Shown in pieces: positions 51,420-63,828 of a stretch of DNA of 64,000 nt; position 1 is the stretch's first letter, and the number at the start of each line of letters is the position of its first letter. The notes beneath the pieces are model-generated. The model ran no database searches. It saw only the letters and a list, made by a program, of their open reading frames with translations, and was not told the origin of the DNA. Both the position numbers and the translations under genes were made by a program. Source of the DNA: Mustelus asterias. Lineage: Eukaryota. The DNA lies in NCBI RefSeq assembly GCF_964213995.1, contig NW_027590629.1, positions 1 through 64,000 on the forward strand, written 5' to 3'.

Positions 51420-53040
51420 TGTTCACTCTGCCAATTTCATTCAAACTGTTTGATTCTAATTGATCAACGGTCAACTTACAACAACAGACAAAAACCTATT
51501 TTAAATTAAACTGATATTCATTTCAAAACTCCTTTCGCCTTTTAATTTTTCCTCTGTCTCACTTCTCGAAAACTATGTTAAAATGTAAATTCGCTGAAAA
51601 TAATCAATCAAAAATAACAGATTCAGGACAGTTCAATGTCCCTAACAGAGATACAGTGACACAGTAACAATTCAATGTCCCTGACAGAGATACAGTGATA
51701 CAGTAAGAATTAAACAAACCAAGAAACATTTACATTGAAAATCATTACCTGATTTGATCTAATTTCTTAATTGAATGTAATCAGCAATACATTCGAGGCA
51801 AAACACTTTATCGAGCTAAGCATAGCTGATTAAAGAAATGTTTTGTTTCTGAATTCACTTCCGATATAATTAAATATTCTCTAAAACGGATGATATTTTG
51901 CACGTCAGTGCACAATTCAGGGTCGTTTGTTTTGAATTAATTAGCACCAATATTATATTTTAAGTTATTGTTAATTGCCAGTTAGGTCTCTTGTCAGCTG
52001 ATTTGTGCTCTGCAATATAATCAGTTTTCAATCACTGAGAACTTGCCTTTGCCTCGAACATTGTTCAGTAATTAGTTTCCAATTAAATCTTAAACAATAA
52101 ACTTCAAATGACTGAATGGAAAGATTCAGACATCTGTAATTCATTTGCTTAAATCGAATCACATTGTAATGTTTCTCATTTCCATTTTTACTCCAAATGC
52201 CTTATTATAACCTACAAACGTGTTAAGAATGCATGCTTCTCAATTTGTATATACTGTAACGGCCTGGCAGTTTGAGATAAGTGAAACTGCTTCCTAGATT
52301 TAATAATGTGGACCATCCATATAATTTAATTACTGAACATATTGTTTAATTTTCGAAGATCTGAATTAAACAGTGAAAAACACAATGAGGGCAATTGATT
52401 CAAATCCTCTGCAACACTGAAACATGATGCACAAAATAAGTCCAGACCTTTTCTTCAGTATAATATTTAGTAATAATTAAACATAAGGTTCAGAGAGAAA
52501 TAATTCTTCTATTCTGTCACTGATTCATCCCATAATTCTATTCTGTGTTCAGCAGTAATGGGAGACAAGGTGTTATTGTTAAGTGCAGCGCAAAAATTAT
52601 TTTTACAATATTTATAATATCATTATAATACTTTTATAAAAATAATCTTTTGTAATTTCAAGCATTTACTTGTCAATCTTTAGCCAGTTTCTGTTGACAC
52701 TTTACTACAATTCAAATACAATTATATGAACAATTACTTGATGTTAGCGAATTTACCTGTCAGAAAACATGTGTTCACTCTGTCACATTTATTCAAGCTA
52801 TTTGATTCTAATTTATCAATGGTCAAATTACAACAACAAAAAATCAATAACTTATTTTAAATTAAGCTAATATTCATTTCAAAACTCCCTTCGACTTTTA
52901 ATATTCTCTCCCTGACTGTCGCAAATCTCGAAAACTGGGCAAAAAATGTATCTTTTCGGAAAATGAGCACATCAAATATAACAGATTCAGGGTAGTGTAA
53001 TGTCCCTAACAGAGATACAGTGACACAGTAAGAATTGTAA
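51420..53040. repeat. About 290-bp direct duplication in the J-CH1 intron (51420-51710 vs 52773-53037)
   Basis: Shared GTTCACTCTG..TTTGATTCTAAT..ATATTCATTTCAAAACTCC..AACAGATTCAGG..GTCCCTAACAGAGATACAGTGACACAGTAA. Confidence 0.85.
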
Positions 53041-53149
53041 TCCATATTTACTTTAATATGCAAGCATCAGTTAACATTAATAAAATGCTTTAACATATAT
53101 TTATTTTATTTTTCCGAAACATGTTTGCTTTTTTCTTACAAGAATTTAC

Positions 53150-55160
53150 AAACGTAGTTTGTTTATTTATTTAGCCAGAAAAAGGGTAACTGCTCAGTAT
53201 CACTGCGTTTAAACAATACAGAAACAATTGAGAAACTCTAAACAATTTCACAAATTTTTAAATGAGATTCGTGACTAATTATTTCGGTATCCAATCACAA
53301 ATTACTTGGAAGGAATATGTGGTTGCGCCTGCACAGAAAGAATCTAATAATCGGATATATAAATTGCGAAATAGCAGTGTGTTGTTCTCCAAAACCCATA
53401 TTCAAGTGATTGCGAACTTAATCAGGGAGATAACGATTAATGCAAAGTATCTTGTTACACTGAACACTGCTGTGGAAACAGTATGTTATCATTGAAATAG
53501 TTTCTAGAATTATCACAAAATATTTCCAGCCTAGAAACTTTTCTGGCCATGTTAATTGTGTGCAAAGCCCAGCAGAACTATTAAATCCAAATAATGCGAA
53601 ATACTAATGTGAAATAATCTTTGGTGAATATGGAGTTATATTACCGATTAATAATTGCTTGATTTATATTAATTTTACTATCAAACTTGTTAATGAGAAG
53701 TTTGTGATTGCAGCAACGACTTAGTGTCCGATTGAACATTGTATGTCATGATTTACTTTAATTTGTAAACGTTAGTTAAAATTTCTAAAAATGCTGTGAT
53801 ATCTTTATTTTATTTCTTCCACAACCTGCTTGTTTTCTCCCTTGAAGAATTCTCAAACTCATAGATTGTTTGCATTCAACCAGAAAACGTGTAACCGCTC
53901 AGTGCCACCGAGTTTAAACAATACAGAAACAATGCCGAAACACCAAACCATTTCACATATTTTGAACATTCATAGTGACGCAACCACAGAACCTCCTCAA
54001 AAGAAAACACACCAAAACGCATCAATGAGGGAATGAATCTATTTCACGGAGACGCAGCTCAATTTCCATTCAACAAAATCAAAAATATCATTGCAATAAA
54101 ATCTCAATATCGAATCCAGCAAACCAGCTCGTCACCAAATGTATGAATTACTAAACTAAACAGATATCTGGAATAAGAGCAATAACATTTGTCCAAAAAA
54201 TTAATATTGAAACTTTACCACATTCTATTCATATTGGATCATATTTCAAACAGATTTCAAACATATTTAAACATTTGGATGGTAGAAGCTGCCGCCATCA
54301 GATGCCACTGAGATTAAACATTTCAGGTAACGCAAATTGTGGAAGCAGTGGCAAACTATGTTCTGGACAAATGGCGTAAACCGTGATTTAGTTTAACCTG
54401 CTCATCTGCTTAAATCACTTACGATTTTAAAGAATACAAATGCAATAAAACCTGGCTAATTTCTGTCAGCAGTCATCTTAGAATCTTAGAAATCTTAGAA
54501 ACCCTACAGCACAGAAAGAGGCCATTCGGCCCATCGAGTCTGCACCGACCACAATCCCACCCAGGCCCTATCCCCATATCCTTACATATTTACCCACTAA
54601 TCCCTCTAACCTACACATCCCAGGACGCTAAGGGCAATTTTAGCATGGCCAATCAACCTAACCCGCACATCTTTGGACAGTCATGTGACAAGTAGTTTAA
54701 AACTCGCAGAATGTTTGTATTCAATCACAAAGCGTGTAGCAACTCAGTGTCACCGAGTGTAAACAATGCAGAATTGTCAAACCATTTCACAAATTTTACT
54801 TGTTCAAAGTCACCCAGACAGACAACCTCCTCACCAAAAAAACGCACCACTGAGGGACTGAACCCCGGTTCATGCAGAAGCAGTTCAATTCTACAAACAG
54901 TTTCAACAGAATCAAATTTCACATTGGCAGAAAATCTCAATTTAAAATCCAGCCAATCCGCCCATCACCAAAGTAACTAATAATTAAAATGAGCACAACA
55001 ATGACATAACAAAACCAGACTGTGATTTAGTGGAACATGTTCAAAACATTAAAGCAGAAACATTAGCACGTTTTGTAGATATTGGGTTAGATTTCAAATA
55101 CTTGTGCAGTAGATGGTGCAACTCCCAGCCAGAAGATCACCGAGATTAAACATTGCAGAA
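53150..55160. repeat. Diverged tandem units in the J-CH1 intron (~53150, ~53855, ~54700)
   Basis: Shared CTCAGT.(T/C)CAC.G.GT.TAAACAAT.CAGAA..AAAC.ATTTCACA.ATTTT; the last two also share ..CACCAAA..AGATTTCAAA..GAGATTAAACATT. Confidence 0.7.
54478..54678 (-). mobile_element. SINE family 1 3' half
   Basis: Near-identical to 27960-28143. Confidence 0.85.
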
Positions 55161-55458
55161 ACACCGAACTGTTTAACAAAAGGTAGGCATGCAAAGTAAC
55201 CCAGCCACACAATGTCCTCAGCAGATAAACACAAAATCACAACAACAAGAGACCGAATCACTCAGCATCACCGTTTGTCAATTAACAGTAGAATTCTCTC
55301 ATCCCCATTTTATGCAGAATCATATGAAACATTGTAAAGATTTTCAGCACAGAATCCACCAAACCACATTTCAATGAACGAATAAATTAATAAAATCGAT
55401 AAAAAAATAAAACAAAAGCTCAAGTAAAACAGGAACTAAATAATTATCTGATTCTTAC

Positions 55459-55506
55459 CTGCAGTCACCGTCACCATGGTCCCTTGTCCCCAGTCGTCAA
55501 AGTAGT
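55459..55506 (-). CDS. IGHJ: JH segment (YFDDWGQGTMVTVTA)
   Basis: WGxG motif; donor G|gtaag. Confidence 0.97.
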
Positions 55507-55545
55507 CACAGTGTCACATTCCCTTGGCTGGGTCATACAATAACC
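55507..55545 (-). other. 23-RSS 5' of JH
   Basis: GGTTATTGT - 23 nt - CACTGTG immediately before J. Confidence 0.95.
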
Positions 55546-55876
55546 GTCCCTGCAAAAAAAAATAGACAGAAAAGCCACCATTATTTTAAATATTCACAAA
55601 CCAGAGGAAAAGCAAAGTCAATTAATTTCCATGAAATTATTATTGTATTTGTGGAGACCGTTCGCTCTTCATAATTGACCCGAAAGTTTTATATATCACA
55701 AAGCATCAAATGGACATTTTATTGAAAACGCCAGCTGATAATTGAATAGTTTTCATAAATTTTCCATCCTAATTCTCGCTACTTGTGCAGAGTTGGACAT
55801 AAATAATACAGCACTGCAAATATTTTTGGATTGTAAAACAGAGCACTGACCCAGCCTGGGCCAATTAGTGCTGAGG

Positions 55877-55904
55877 GATTTTTGTATTGACAGTAACTGC
55901 TGTG
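55877..55904 (-). other. 12-RSS 3' of the joined V-D block
   Basis: CACAGCA - GTTACTGTCAAT (12 nt) - ACAAAAATC. Confidence 0.92.
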
Positions 55905-56234
55905 CGGTCCCAGGTATACTGCTGTATACGTCCAATGCACAGTAATAGATGGCGGTGTCTTCAGTCTTCAGGTTCGTCATGTCCAAAACGAAGATATTGT
56001 TTGAAGTGTCTTTGGACGCAGTAAATCGATTCTTAATTGCTGGGGCGTAGTTGTTGCTTGATGAACTATAGTAGTAAACCAACCACTCCAGCCCCTGTCC
56101 GGGAACCTGTCGGACCCAGTGCATGTACGCGCTGCCAAGCTTGAAGCCGTTGGTTTTACAGGTCAGTCTCAGGGAGTATCCGGGATGCCCAGTCTCTGCC
56201 TCTGGCTGAGTCAACACAATCTCCGACTGGACAC
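55905..56234 (-). CDS. IGHV: VH exon fused to D-derived sequence (germline-joined VD/VDD)
   Basis: cag|[54 protein letters not shown], then a 12-RSS. Confidence 0.93.
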
Positions 56235-56374
56235 CTGTAAACACATATCAAAAACCCCGACGATTAATTCTGGTGAAATGATTGCTGACTCTGAGATGAT
56301 TGGTGACATTTCAGAGATAAACTAACGCTGAAACAGTGAGAGCGAGAGACTTGGACAATAAAAAAACTACTCAC

Positions 56375-56420
56375 CGGATAAGAAAGTCAGCAACAAACTG
56401 AGAGAAATCACCGAACTCAT
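56375..56420 (-). CDS. IGHV: VH leader exon (MSSVISLSLLLTFLS)
   Basis: 46 bp, hydrophobic, G|gtgag donor, phase matches the V exon. Confidence 0.92.
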
Positions 56421-56509
56421 CCTTCTGGTGATTTGGGGGAAATGGTTGTGTCAGGAACTCAGTGAACAAACCACCTCCCGGACTGTTGGATTCCGGTCCC
56501 AGTGAACGG

Positions 56510-56520
56510 CATTTAAATAC
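56510..56520 (-). promoter_or_regulatory. TATA-like box of the VH promoter
   Basis: GTATTTAAATG on the minus strand ~90 nt upstream of the leader ATG. Confidence 0.5.
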
Positions 56521-57090
56521 CCGGCAGAAGGGGGTGGCTTTCCAGGCGCCGCCTGTTGATTCCCTGCTGGAGGCGGCGACTGGATCCAGGTCCCACCTTC
56601 CACACCTCAACAGAATGGACTTCCAGATTGACAATAGGTTAATAGTGAAATTGGCATTTTATCTGTGTCGGGATATTTGTGCGGCTGAATATATTCATTG
56701 TATTGTCTCCATTATTTCTAATGGTGATATTGCAGCTCATCTCTTTATTTTAAAAAATAATTTCATTGCAAATATGCTGCTTTTATGACCACGCCCCTAA
56801 CAAGAACACAAATCTAAAAATGATGAAATAACATTTTCGGAAAATAAAGAGACCGTCAGTCTGTGTTGCAACAATTCCGGGTCTCTGTCACATTACAATA
56901 ATGAAACATAATTTATCGGAAGATTTGTTATCGATTTCTGTAACTAAATGTGGGGGATGAACAGAGTGATTCTATTTACAGTGTGGATTGCTATCACTGT
57001 AAAATTTGGGTTTGGAGATGAGAATAAAATCTCACCCAATACAATGTTTCTCCTTATATTTGTCAAACTGCCCCAATCTCGAAGACAGTT

Positions 57091-60000
57091 CTGACCACAA
57101 TTCGGTTACGTTCACCTTAGTGATGGAAAGGGATAGGCATGAACCTCGGGCCAGTGGTTTTAGCTGGGGGAAGGGTAATTATGAGGCTATTAGGAGAGAA
57201 TTAGGAAACATAGGTTGGACTAGGAGATTACAGGGACTGGGAACGTCCGACATGTGGAGTTTTTTCAAGGAGCAGCTACTGCGAGTCTGTGATAGGTATG
57301 TCCCTGTCAGGCAAGGAGGAATTGGTAGGGCTAGGGAACCGTGGTGCACCAAAAAAGTTTCTTTGTTGGTTAAAAAGAAAAAGGAGGCTTATGTTCGGAT
57401 GAGACGTGAGCACTCGGGTAGTGCACTAGAAAGCTTTAGATTGGCTAAGAGGGAGTTGAAGAGCGAGCTTAGAAGGGCTAAAAGGGGACATGAGAAGACT
57501 TTGGCGGATAGGGTTAAAGAGAATCCTAAGGCGTTCTATAGGTATGTCAAGAACAGAAGGTTGGTTAGGGCAAGTTTAGGGCCAGTTATAGATGGCAGAG
57601 GGAAGTTATGTGTGGAACCGGAGGAGATTGGTGAAGCATTGAACCAATATTTCTCTTCGGTGTTCACGCAAGGGGACATGAATATAGCTGAGGAGGACAC
57701 TGGGTTGCAAGGGAGTAGAATAGACAGTATTACAGTTGATAAGGAGGATGTGCAGGATATTCTGGAGGGTCTGAAAATAGATAAATCCCCTGGTCCGGAT
57801 GGGATTTATCCAAGGATTCTCTGGGAGGCAAGAGAAGTGATTGCAGAGCCTCTGGCTCTGATCTTCAGGTCGTCGTTGGCCTCTGGTATAGTACCAGAAG
57901 ATTGGAGGTTAGCGAATGTTGTCCCATTGTTTAAGAAGGGGAACAGAGACTTCCCCGGGAATTATAGACCGGTGAGTCTCACTTCTGTTGTCGGCAAGAT
58001 GTTGGAAAAAATTATAAGGGATAGGATTTATAGTTATTTGGAGAGTAATGAATTGATAGGTGATAGTCAGCATGGTTTTGTGGCAGGTAGGTCGTGCCTT
58101 ACTAACCTTATTGAGTTTTTTGAGAAAGTGACCAAGGAGGTGGATGGGGGCAAGGCAGTGGACGTGGTATATATGGATTTTAGTAAGGCGTTTGATAAGG
58201 TTCACCATAGAACATAGAACATAGAACATTACAGCGCAGAACAGGCCCTTCGGCCCACGATGTTGCACCGACCAGTTAAAAAAAAAAACTGTGACCCTCC
58301 AACCTAAACCAATTTCTTTTCGTCCATGAACCTATCTACGGATCTCTTAAACGCCCCCAAACTAGGCGCATTTACTACTGATGCTGGCAGGGCATTCCAA
58401 TCCCTCACCACCCTCTGGGTAAAGAACCTACCCCTGACATCGGTTCTATAACTACCCCCCCTCAATTTAAAGCCATGCCCCCTCGTGCTGGATTTCTCCA
58501 TCAGAGGAAAAAGGCTATCACTATCCACCCTATCTAAACCTCTAATCATCTTATATGTTTCAATAAGATCCCCTCTTAGCCGCCGCCTTTCCAGCTAAAA
58601 CAATCCCAAATCCCTCAGCCTCTCCTCATAGGATCTCCCCTCCATACCAGGCAACATCCTGGTAAACCTCCTCTGCACCCTCTCCAAAGCCTCCACATCC
58701 TTCCTGTAATGTGGGGACCAGAACTGCACACAGTACTCCAAGTGCGGCCGCACCAGAGTTGTGTACAGTTGCAACATAACGCTACGACTCCTAAATTCAA
58801 TCCCCCTACCAATAAACGCCAAGACACCATATGCCTTCTTAACAACCATATCTACTTGATTCCCAACTTTCAGGGATCTATGCACACATACACCTAGATC
58901 CCTCTGCTCCTCCACACTATTCAAAGTCCTCCCGTTAGCCCTATACTCAACACATCTGTTATTCCTACCAAAGTGAATTACCTCACACTTCTCCGCATTA
59001 AACTCCATCCGCCACCTCTCGGCCCAACTTTGCAACCTGTCTAAGTCTTCCTGCAGACTACGACACCCTTCCTCACTGTCTACCACACCACCGACTTTGG
59101 TGTCATCAGCAAATTTGCTAATCCACCCAACTATACCCTCATCCAGATCATTAATAAATATTACAAACAGCAGTGGCCCCAAAACAGATCCCTGAGGTAC
59201 ACCACTTGTAACCGCACTCCATGATGAATATTTACTATCAACCACCACCCTCTGTTTCCTATCCGCTAGCCAATTCCTGATCCAATTTCCTAGATCACCC
59301 CCAATCCCATACATCTGCATTTTCTGCAGAAGCCTACCATGGTGAACCTTATCAAACGCCTTACTAAAATCCATATATACCACGTCCACTGCCTTGCCCC
59401 CATCCACCTCCTTGGTCACTTTCTCAAAAAACTCAATAAGGTTAGTAAGGCACGACCTACCTGCCACAAAACCATGCTGACTATCACCTATCAATTCATT
59501 ACTCTCCAAATAACTATAAATCCTATCCCTTATAATTTTTTCCAACATCTTGCCGACAACAGAAGTGAGACTCACCGGTCTATAATTCCCGGGGAAGTCT
59601 CTGTTCCCCTTCTTAAACAATGGGACAACATTCGCTAACCTCCAATCTTCTGGTACTATACCAGAGGCCAACGACGACCTGAAGATCAGAGCCAGAGGCT
59701 CTGCAATCACTTCTCTTGCCTCCCAGAGAATCCTTGGATAAATCCCATCCATGGTAGGCTTCTGCAGAAAATGCAGATGTATGGGATTGGGGGTGATCTA
59801 GGAAATTGGATCAGGAATTGGCTAGCGGATAGGAAACAGAGGGTGGTGGTTGATAGTAAATATTCATCATGGAGTGCGGTTACAAGTGGTGTACCTCAGG
59901 GATCTGTTTTGGGGCCACTGCTGTTTGTAATATTTATTAATGATCTGGATGAGGGTATAGTTGGGTGGATTAGCAAATTTGCTGATGACACCAAAGTCGG

Positions 60001-60882
60001 TGGTGTGGTAGACAGTGAGGAAGGGTGTCGTAGTCTGCAGGAAGACTTAGACAGGTTGCAAAGTTGGGCCGAGAGGTGGCGGATGGAGTTTAATGCGGAG
60101 AAGTGTGAGGTAATTCACTTTGGTAGGAATAACAGTTGTGTTGAGTATAGGGCTAACGGGAGGACTTTGAATAGTGTGGAGGAGCAGAGGGATCTAGGTG
60201 TATGTGTGCATAGATCCCTGAAAGTTGGGAATCAAGTAGATAAGGTTGTTAAGAAGGCATATGGTGTCTTGGCGTTTATTGGTAGGGGGATTGAATTTAG
60301 GAGTCGTAGCGTTATGTTGCAACTGTACACAACTCTGGTGCGGCCGCACTTGGAGTACTGTGTGCAGTTCTGGTCCCCACATTACAGGAAGGATGTGGAG
60401 GCTTTGGAGAGGGTGCAGAGGAGGTTTACCAGGATGTTGCCTGGTATGGAGGGGAGATCCTATGAGGAGAGGCTGAGGGATTTGGGATTGTTTTCGCTGG
60501 AAAGGCGGCGGCTAAGAGGGGATCTTATTGAAACATATAAGATGATTAGAGGTTTAGATAGGGTGGATAGTGATAGCCTTTGTCCTCTGATGGAGAAATC
60601 CAGCACGAGGGGGCATGGCTTTAAATTGAGGGGGGGTAGTTATAGAACCGATGTCAGGGGTAGGTTCTTTACCCAGAGGGTGGTGAGGGATTGGAATGCC
60701 CTGCCAGCATCAGTAGTAAATGCGCCTAGTTTGGGGGCGTTTAAGAGATCCGTAGATAGGTTCATGGACGAAAAGAAATTGGTTTAGGTTGGAGGGTCAC
60801 AGTTTTTTTTTAACTGGTCGGTGCAACATCGTGGGCCGAAGGGCCTGTTCTGCGCTGTAATGTTCTATGTTCTATGTTCTAT
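57091..60882 (+). mobile_element. Young 5'-truncated CR1 (57091-58208 and 59749-60882) split by an inverted copy
   Basis: Open RT frames on both sides: ..DKVH | HGRLLQK..; (TTCTATG)n tail. Confidence 0.95.
58209..59750 (-). mobile_element. Inverted near-identical copy of the 3' 1.54 kb of the host CR1
   Basis: Reverse complement of ~57795-58208 plus 59749-60882 with only a few substitutions. Confidence 0.95.
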
Positions 60883-63297
60883 GAAAATAATAATCCCGCC
60901 TGCCTGATAATCAAATAGTGATTTAACAGAGAAGCATAAAGTTAACATCGACTTTTGACAGAGAAGTTAATGAATCGGAACGGACACGGAGATCATTAAA
61001 GTTCTCTTTCAGCATCCAAATCGTTGCAGTTCACTCTATTGGCCATAGGCTGTCTAATATTCACTGGTTTTGGGAACGCAGGATATCAGGACTTTGCGAC
61101 ACGTTATACATTATCGCAAGAAGAAATGTTTTATCTTCCACTGAATCAGGTTATAAACTGAACATTTCTCCGCTCATTGGCAATTGTGAGGTGGACTGTT
61201 AAATAATGGAAATCAGATTATGCTGTACAGCAGTACACGGTGATAATCAGGTATAAGAAACGCTGCCGTTTTAATGAGGTGTCGAACTTTCAGAATATTC
61301 AAGGAATCCCCGCTTTTCAGGGGAGTGTTATGATGTTCTTTTCAAATTACTTCTTTGCATTTTTTGCCATTGCACTGATCTCAATTTACTGGGGAATTGG
61401 GACCATTAACATCTCTGTTTCGCATTTCATGAAGTGGCTAATAAACAGAATTGGAATGACGTTTACTTGGAAGATATACAAATAAAACAGCAACTGGTCA
61501 ATTTATTGTTTTGCGATACTATTTAGTCACGTAAATAACAGAGCATGAATGAAAACATTTGATTGGAATGATTACAATTTACAATGTGTCTTCTTGTGAT
61601 AATGAAACTTTTATTGTTTAAATGGCTGAATCCCCATTTGTCCATTCACGCTAATCTGTCCCGCAGCAATCCAGCCCCCTGCCCAATGTTCAAAGTTATT
61701 TACGGAAGCATCTGGCGTTGTTGCTCAGTAAATCAAAGATCTGTTTCCGCAGTACTGACCGCTTGGCTGCAAGCCAACTTCAAACTCTTCACATTGTCAA
61801 TGGGGCCTATTTGTAAACAAATCTACCCAACAACAGTGCTGGAGGCACTTTAATACTTTTAAGTTGTAAATCTAGATGATTTTTTCACCTCTCTCATGAA
61901 AGGAAATTTATGCAGTTTCTCTGGCACCCTGTTCATAACAATGATGATTTTTTCCAACACATCAGGATGTTGTGATGGATGGATAGAAAGAATTACAGGT
62001 CGACTGAGAGATGACTCAGAGAGAGGATACATGCTGTAATACGTGAACAAGTATGTTTGTGTCTTCTTTCCCTTTAACCTTCCATGGGACGTTTTAGCTG
62101 GTGGAAAGACCAGCACTTTTTGTCTGTCCCAAATTTCCTTGAATCGACTGGTTTTCGAGGACAGTTCTGAACATATTAAAGAGTCAGCCATTTTTCTGTC
62201 CGTCTGGAGTCACATCTTTGCGAGACCAGGTAGTGATGGCAGATTTCCTTCATCGGGGAATCAGAGAGGTTTCCTATGGTCGCCATTAGTACCTATTCCA
62301 GATTTATGAATTGAACTGGAATTCCACTAGCTACAATGCTCCGACTTAAATCCCTGTCCCCACATCAGTGTCCTGGGCCTCAGGATCACTTGCCAAATAA
62401 ATTAATATTACGTCACCATCTGCGCAAACAATAAATGAATGACCGTGTTGATGCAGGAATGAATGACTGTTGAATGAATGATAGTTGTATGAGTATGGGT
62501 TGGATGCCGGGATATTTTGATTGAGGAATCAGTGAGTGGACTGATGGATGCATTGATAGATGGTACTGAAAGATGCTGTTCTACATTCCCATATTTGTGC
62601 TTGATGGGTTCATAAATTGAAACAGCTCCTTTATTCCATTTCTGTCAGTCTAATACCTCCAATCCTTCCAGAGGTCTGGGTGAAATTCAGCCCCAGTTTT
62701 TCGGGAGTAAGTAACGAAGAGAAGGACGAGATATTCCTGCGGCACGGGTGGTTCATTTCTCTGCTGATGCTAAATCTTCATATCCAAGATAGATAGAGGG
62801 AACATGATTAGTTTGAGGAGGGAGGATTGCAATATCTGAAACATGTGGTTCTTTCACGTACAACAAATCAGTCAACATGTCCTCGCCCAAATTAGTGAAG
62901 ATAACGGGCTGAATAGTAAATAATATGGCAACAGAAATATTGTGAGACTCACTGAACAACTCCAAGTGTTACATTATTTCCCAAAACAGTGTAATAATGA
63001 ATCGGAATTTAAAGAATCAGTAAAATCACATGAAGTACAGATAGCTTCATTTATATCATCACTTTGGAAATCATCGCACACTCCAGCTATGTATCAGGAC
63101 TTTCTGTGTGACAATGAGTTGATTACTTGTCAATAAAGCGCAGAGGCTGCTGGTAGCTGCTCATTATCCTCGGTCTGAATGTATTCAATTTCCCATTGAA
63201 TTCTGGGACAGATTTTATTCCTTGTTGACAAAAAGGCCAATACAATGTCAATAAATGTTAATATCAATAAATCATACGAAGCAAAGTTGTATAAAAT

Positions 63298-63828
63298 GAA
63301 ATACTGAAAACAAACAGAAAATGCTGCAAAACCTCAGAATGTCTGACAACATCTGTGGAGACAGAATAGAGCCAACGTTTCAGGTCTGGATGACGCTTCG
63401 GCAGAGTGTTCCTGATGCATTGGAGAGATCATCATTTTTTCTAACAAGGTGTCAGAGAAGCTGCATAACTTTCGTGTGAAATGGGAATAGTTCAAATAGA
63501 TACTGTTTAATTATGTACATTATTTCGAGCCACACACAAGTTGCATCAGTTTACATACCGATCCCAAATATCATAATCAACTTCTCCATGCCAACTAACT
63601 TAATCAACGCCTCAATCACTAACTATATCCGAAAGAAACTTTCTAATCCCTTTCCATCCTCATCATTTCCCAATGTCATCATCTTCAATTCCTCCAAATA
63701 AAGAAGGATCTTCCTGACTCGGAACTTTGACTCTATTCTCTCTCCACAGGTGCTATCAGACCTGTTGAGATTTTCAGAATTTATTGTTTTGTTTCAGTTT
63801 CCAGAATCCGCAGCATTTTGCATTTATC
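63298..63828. mobile_element. Element with inverted termini (PLE-derived type), decayed hammerhead-like motif at 63370-63406 (-)
   Basis: 63298-63385 is roughly the reverse complement of 63720-63828; minus strand CTGCCGAAGCGTCATCCAGACCTGAAACGTT. Confidence 0.5.

Noticed and set aside
55753-55904. C-terminal extension of the 163-aa V ORF
   Set aside because: Read-through across the RSS and the D-J spacer; not an exon.
31194-56420. IgW, IgNAR or IgM1gj identity
   Set aside because: Four C exons with mu-type motifs, CH2 present, a mu secretory tail, a conventional VH and an unjoined J.
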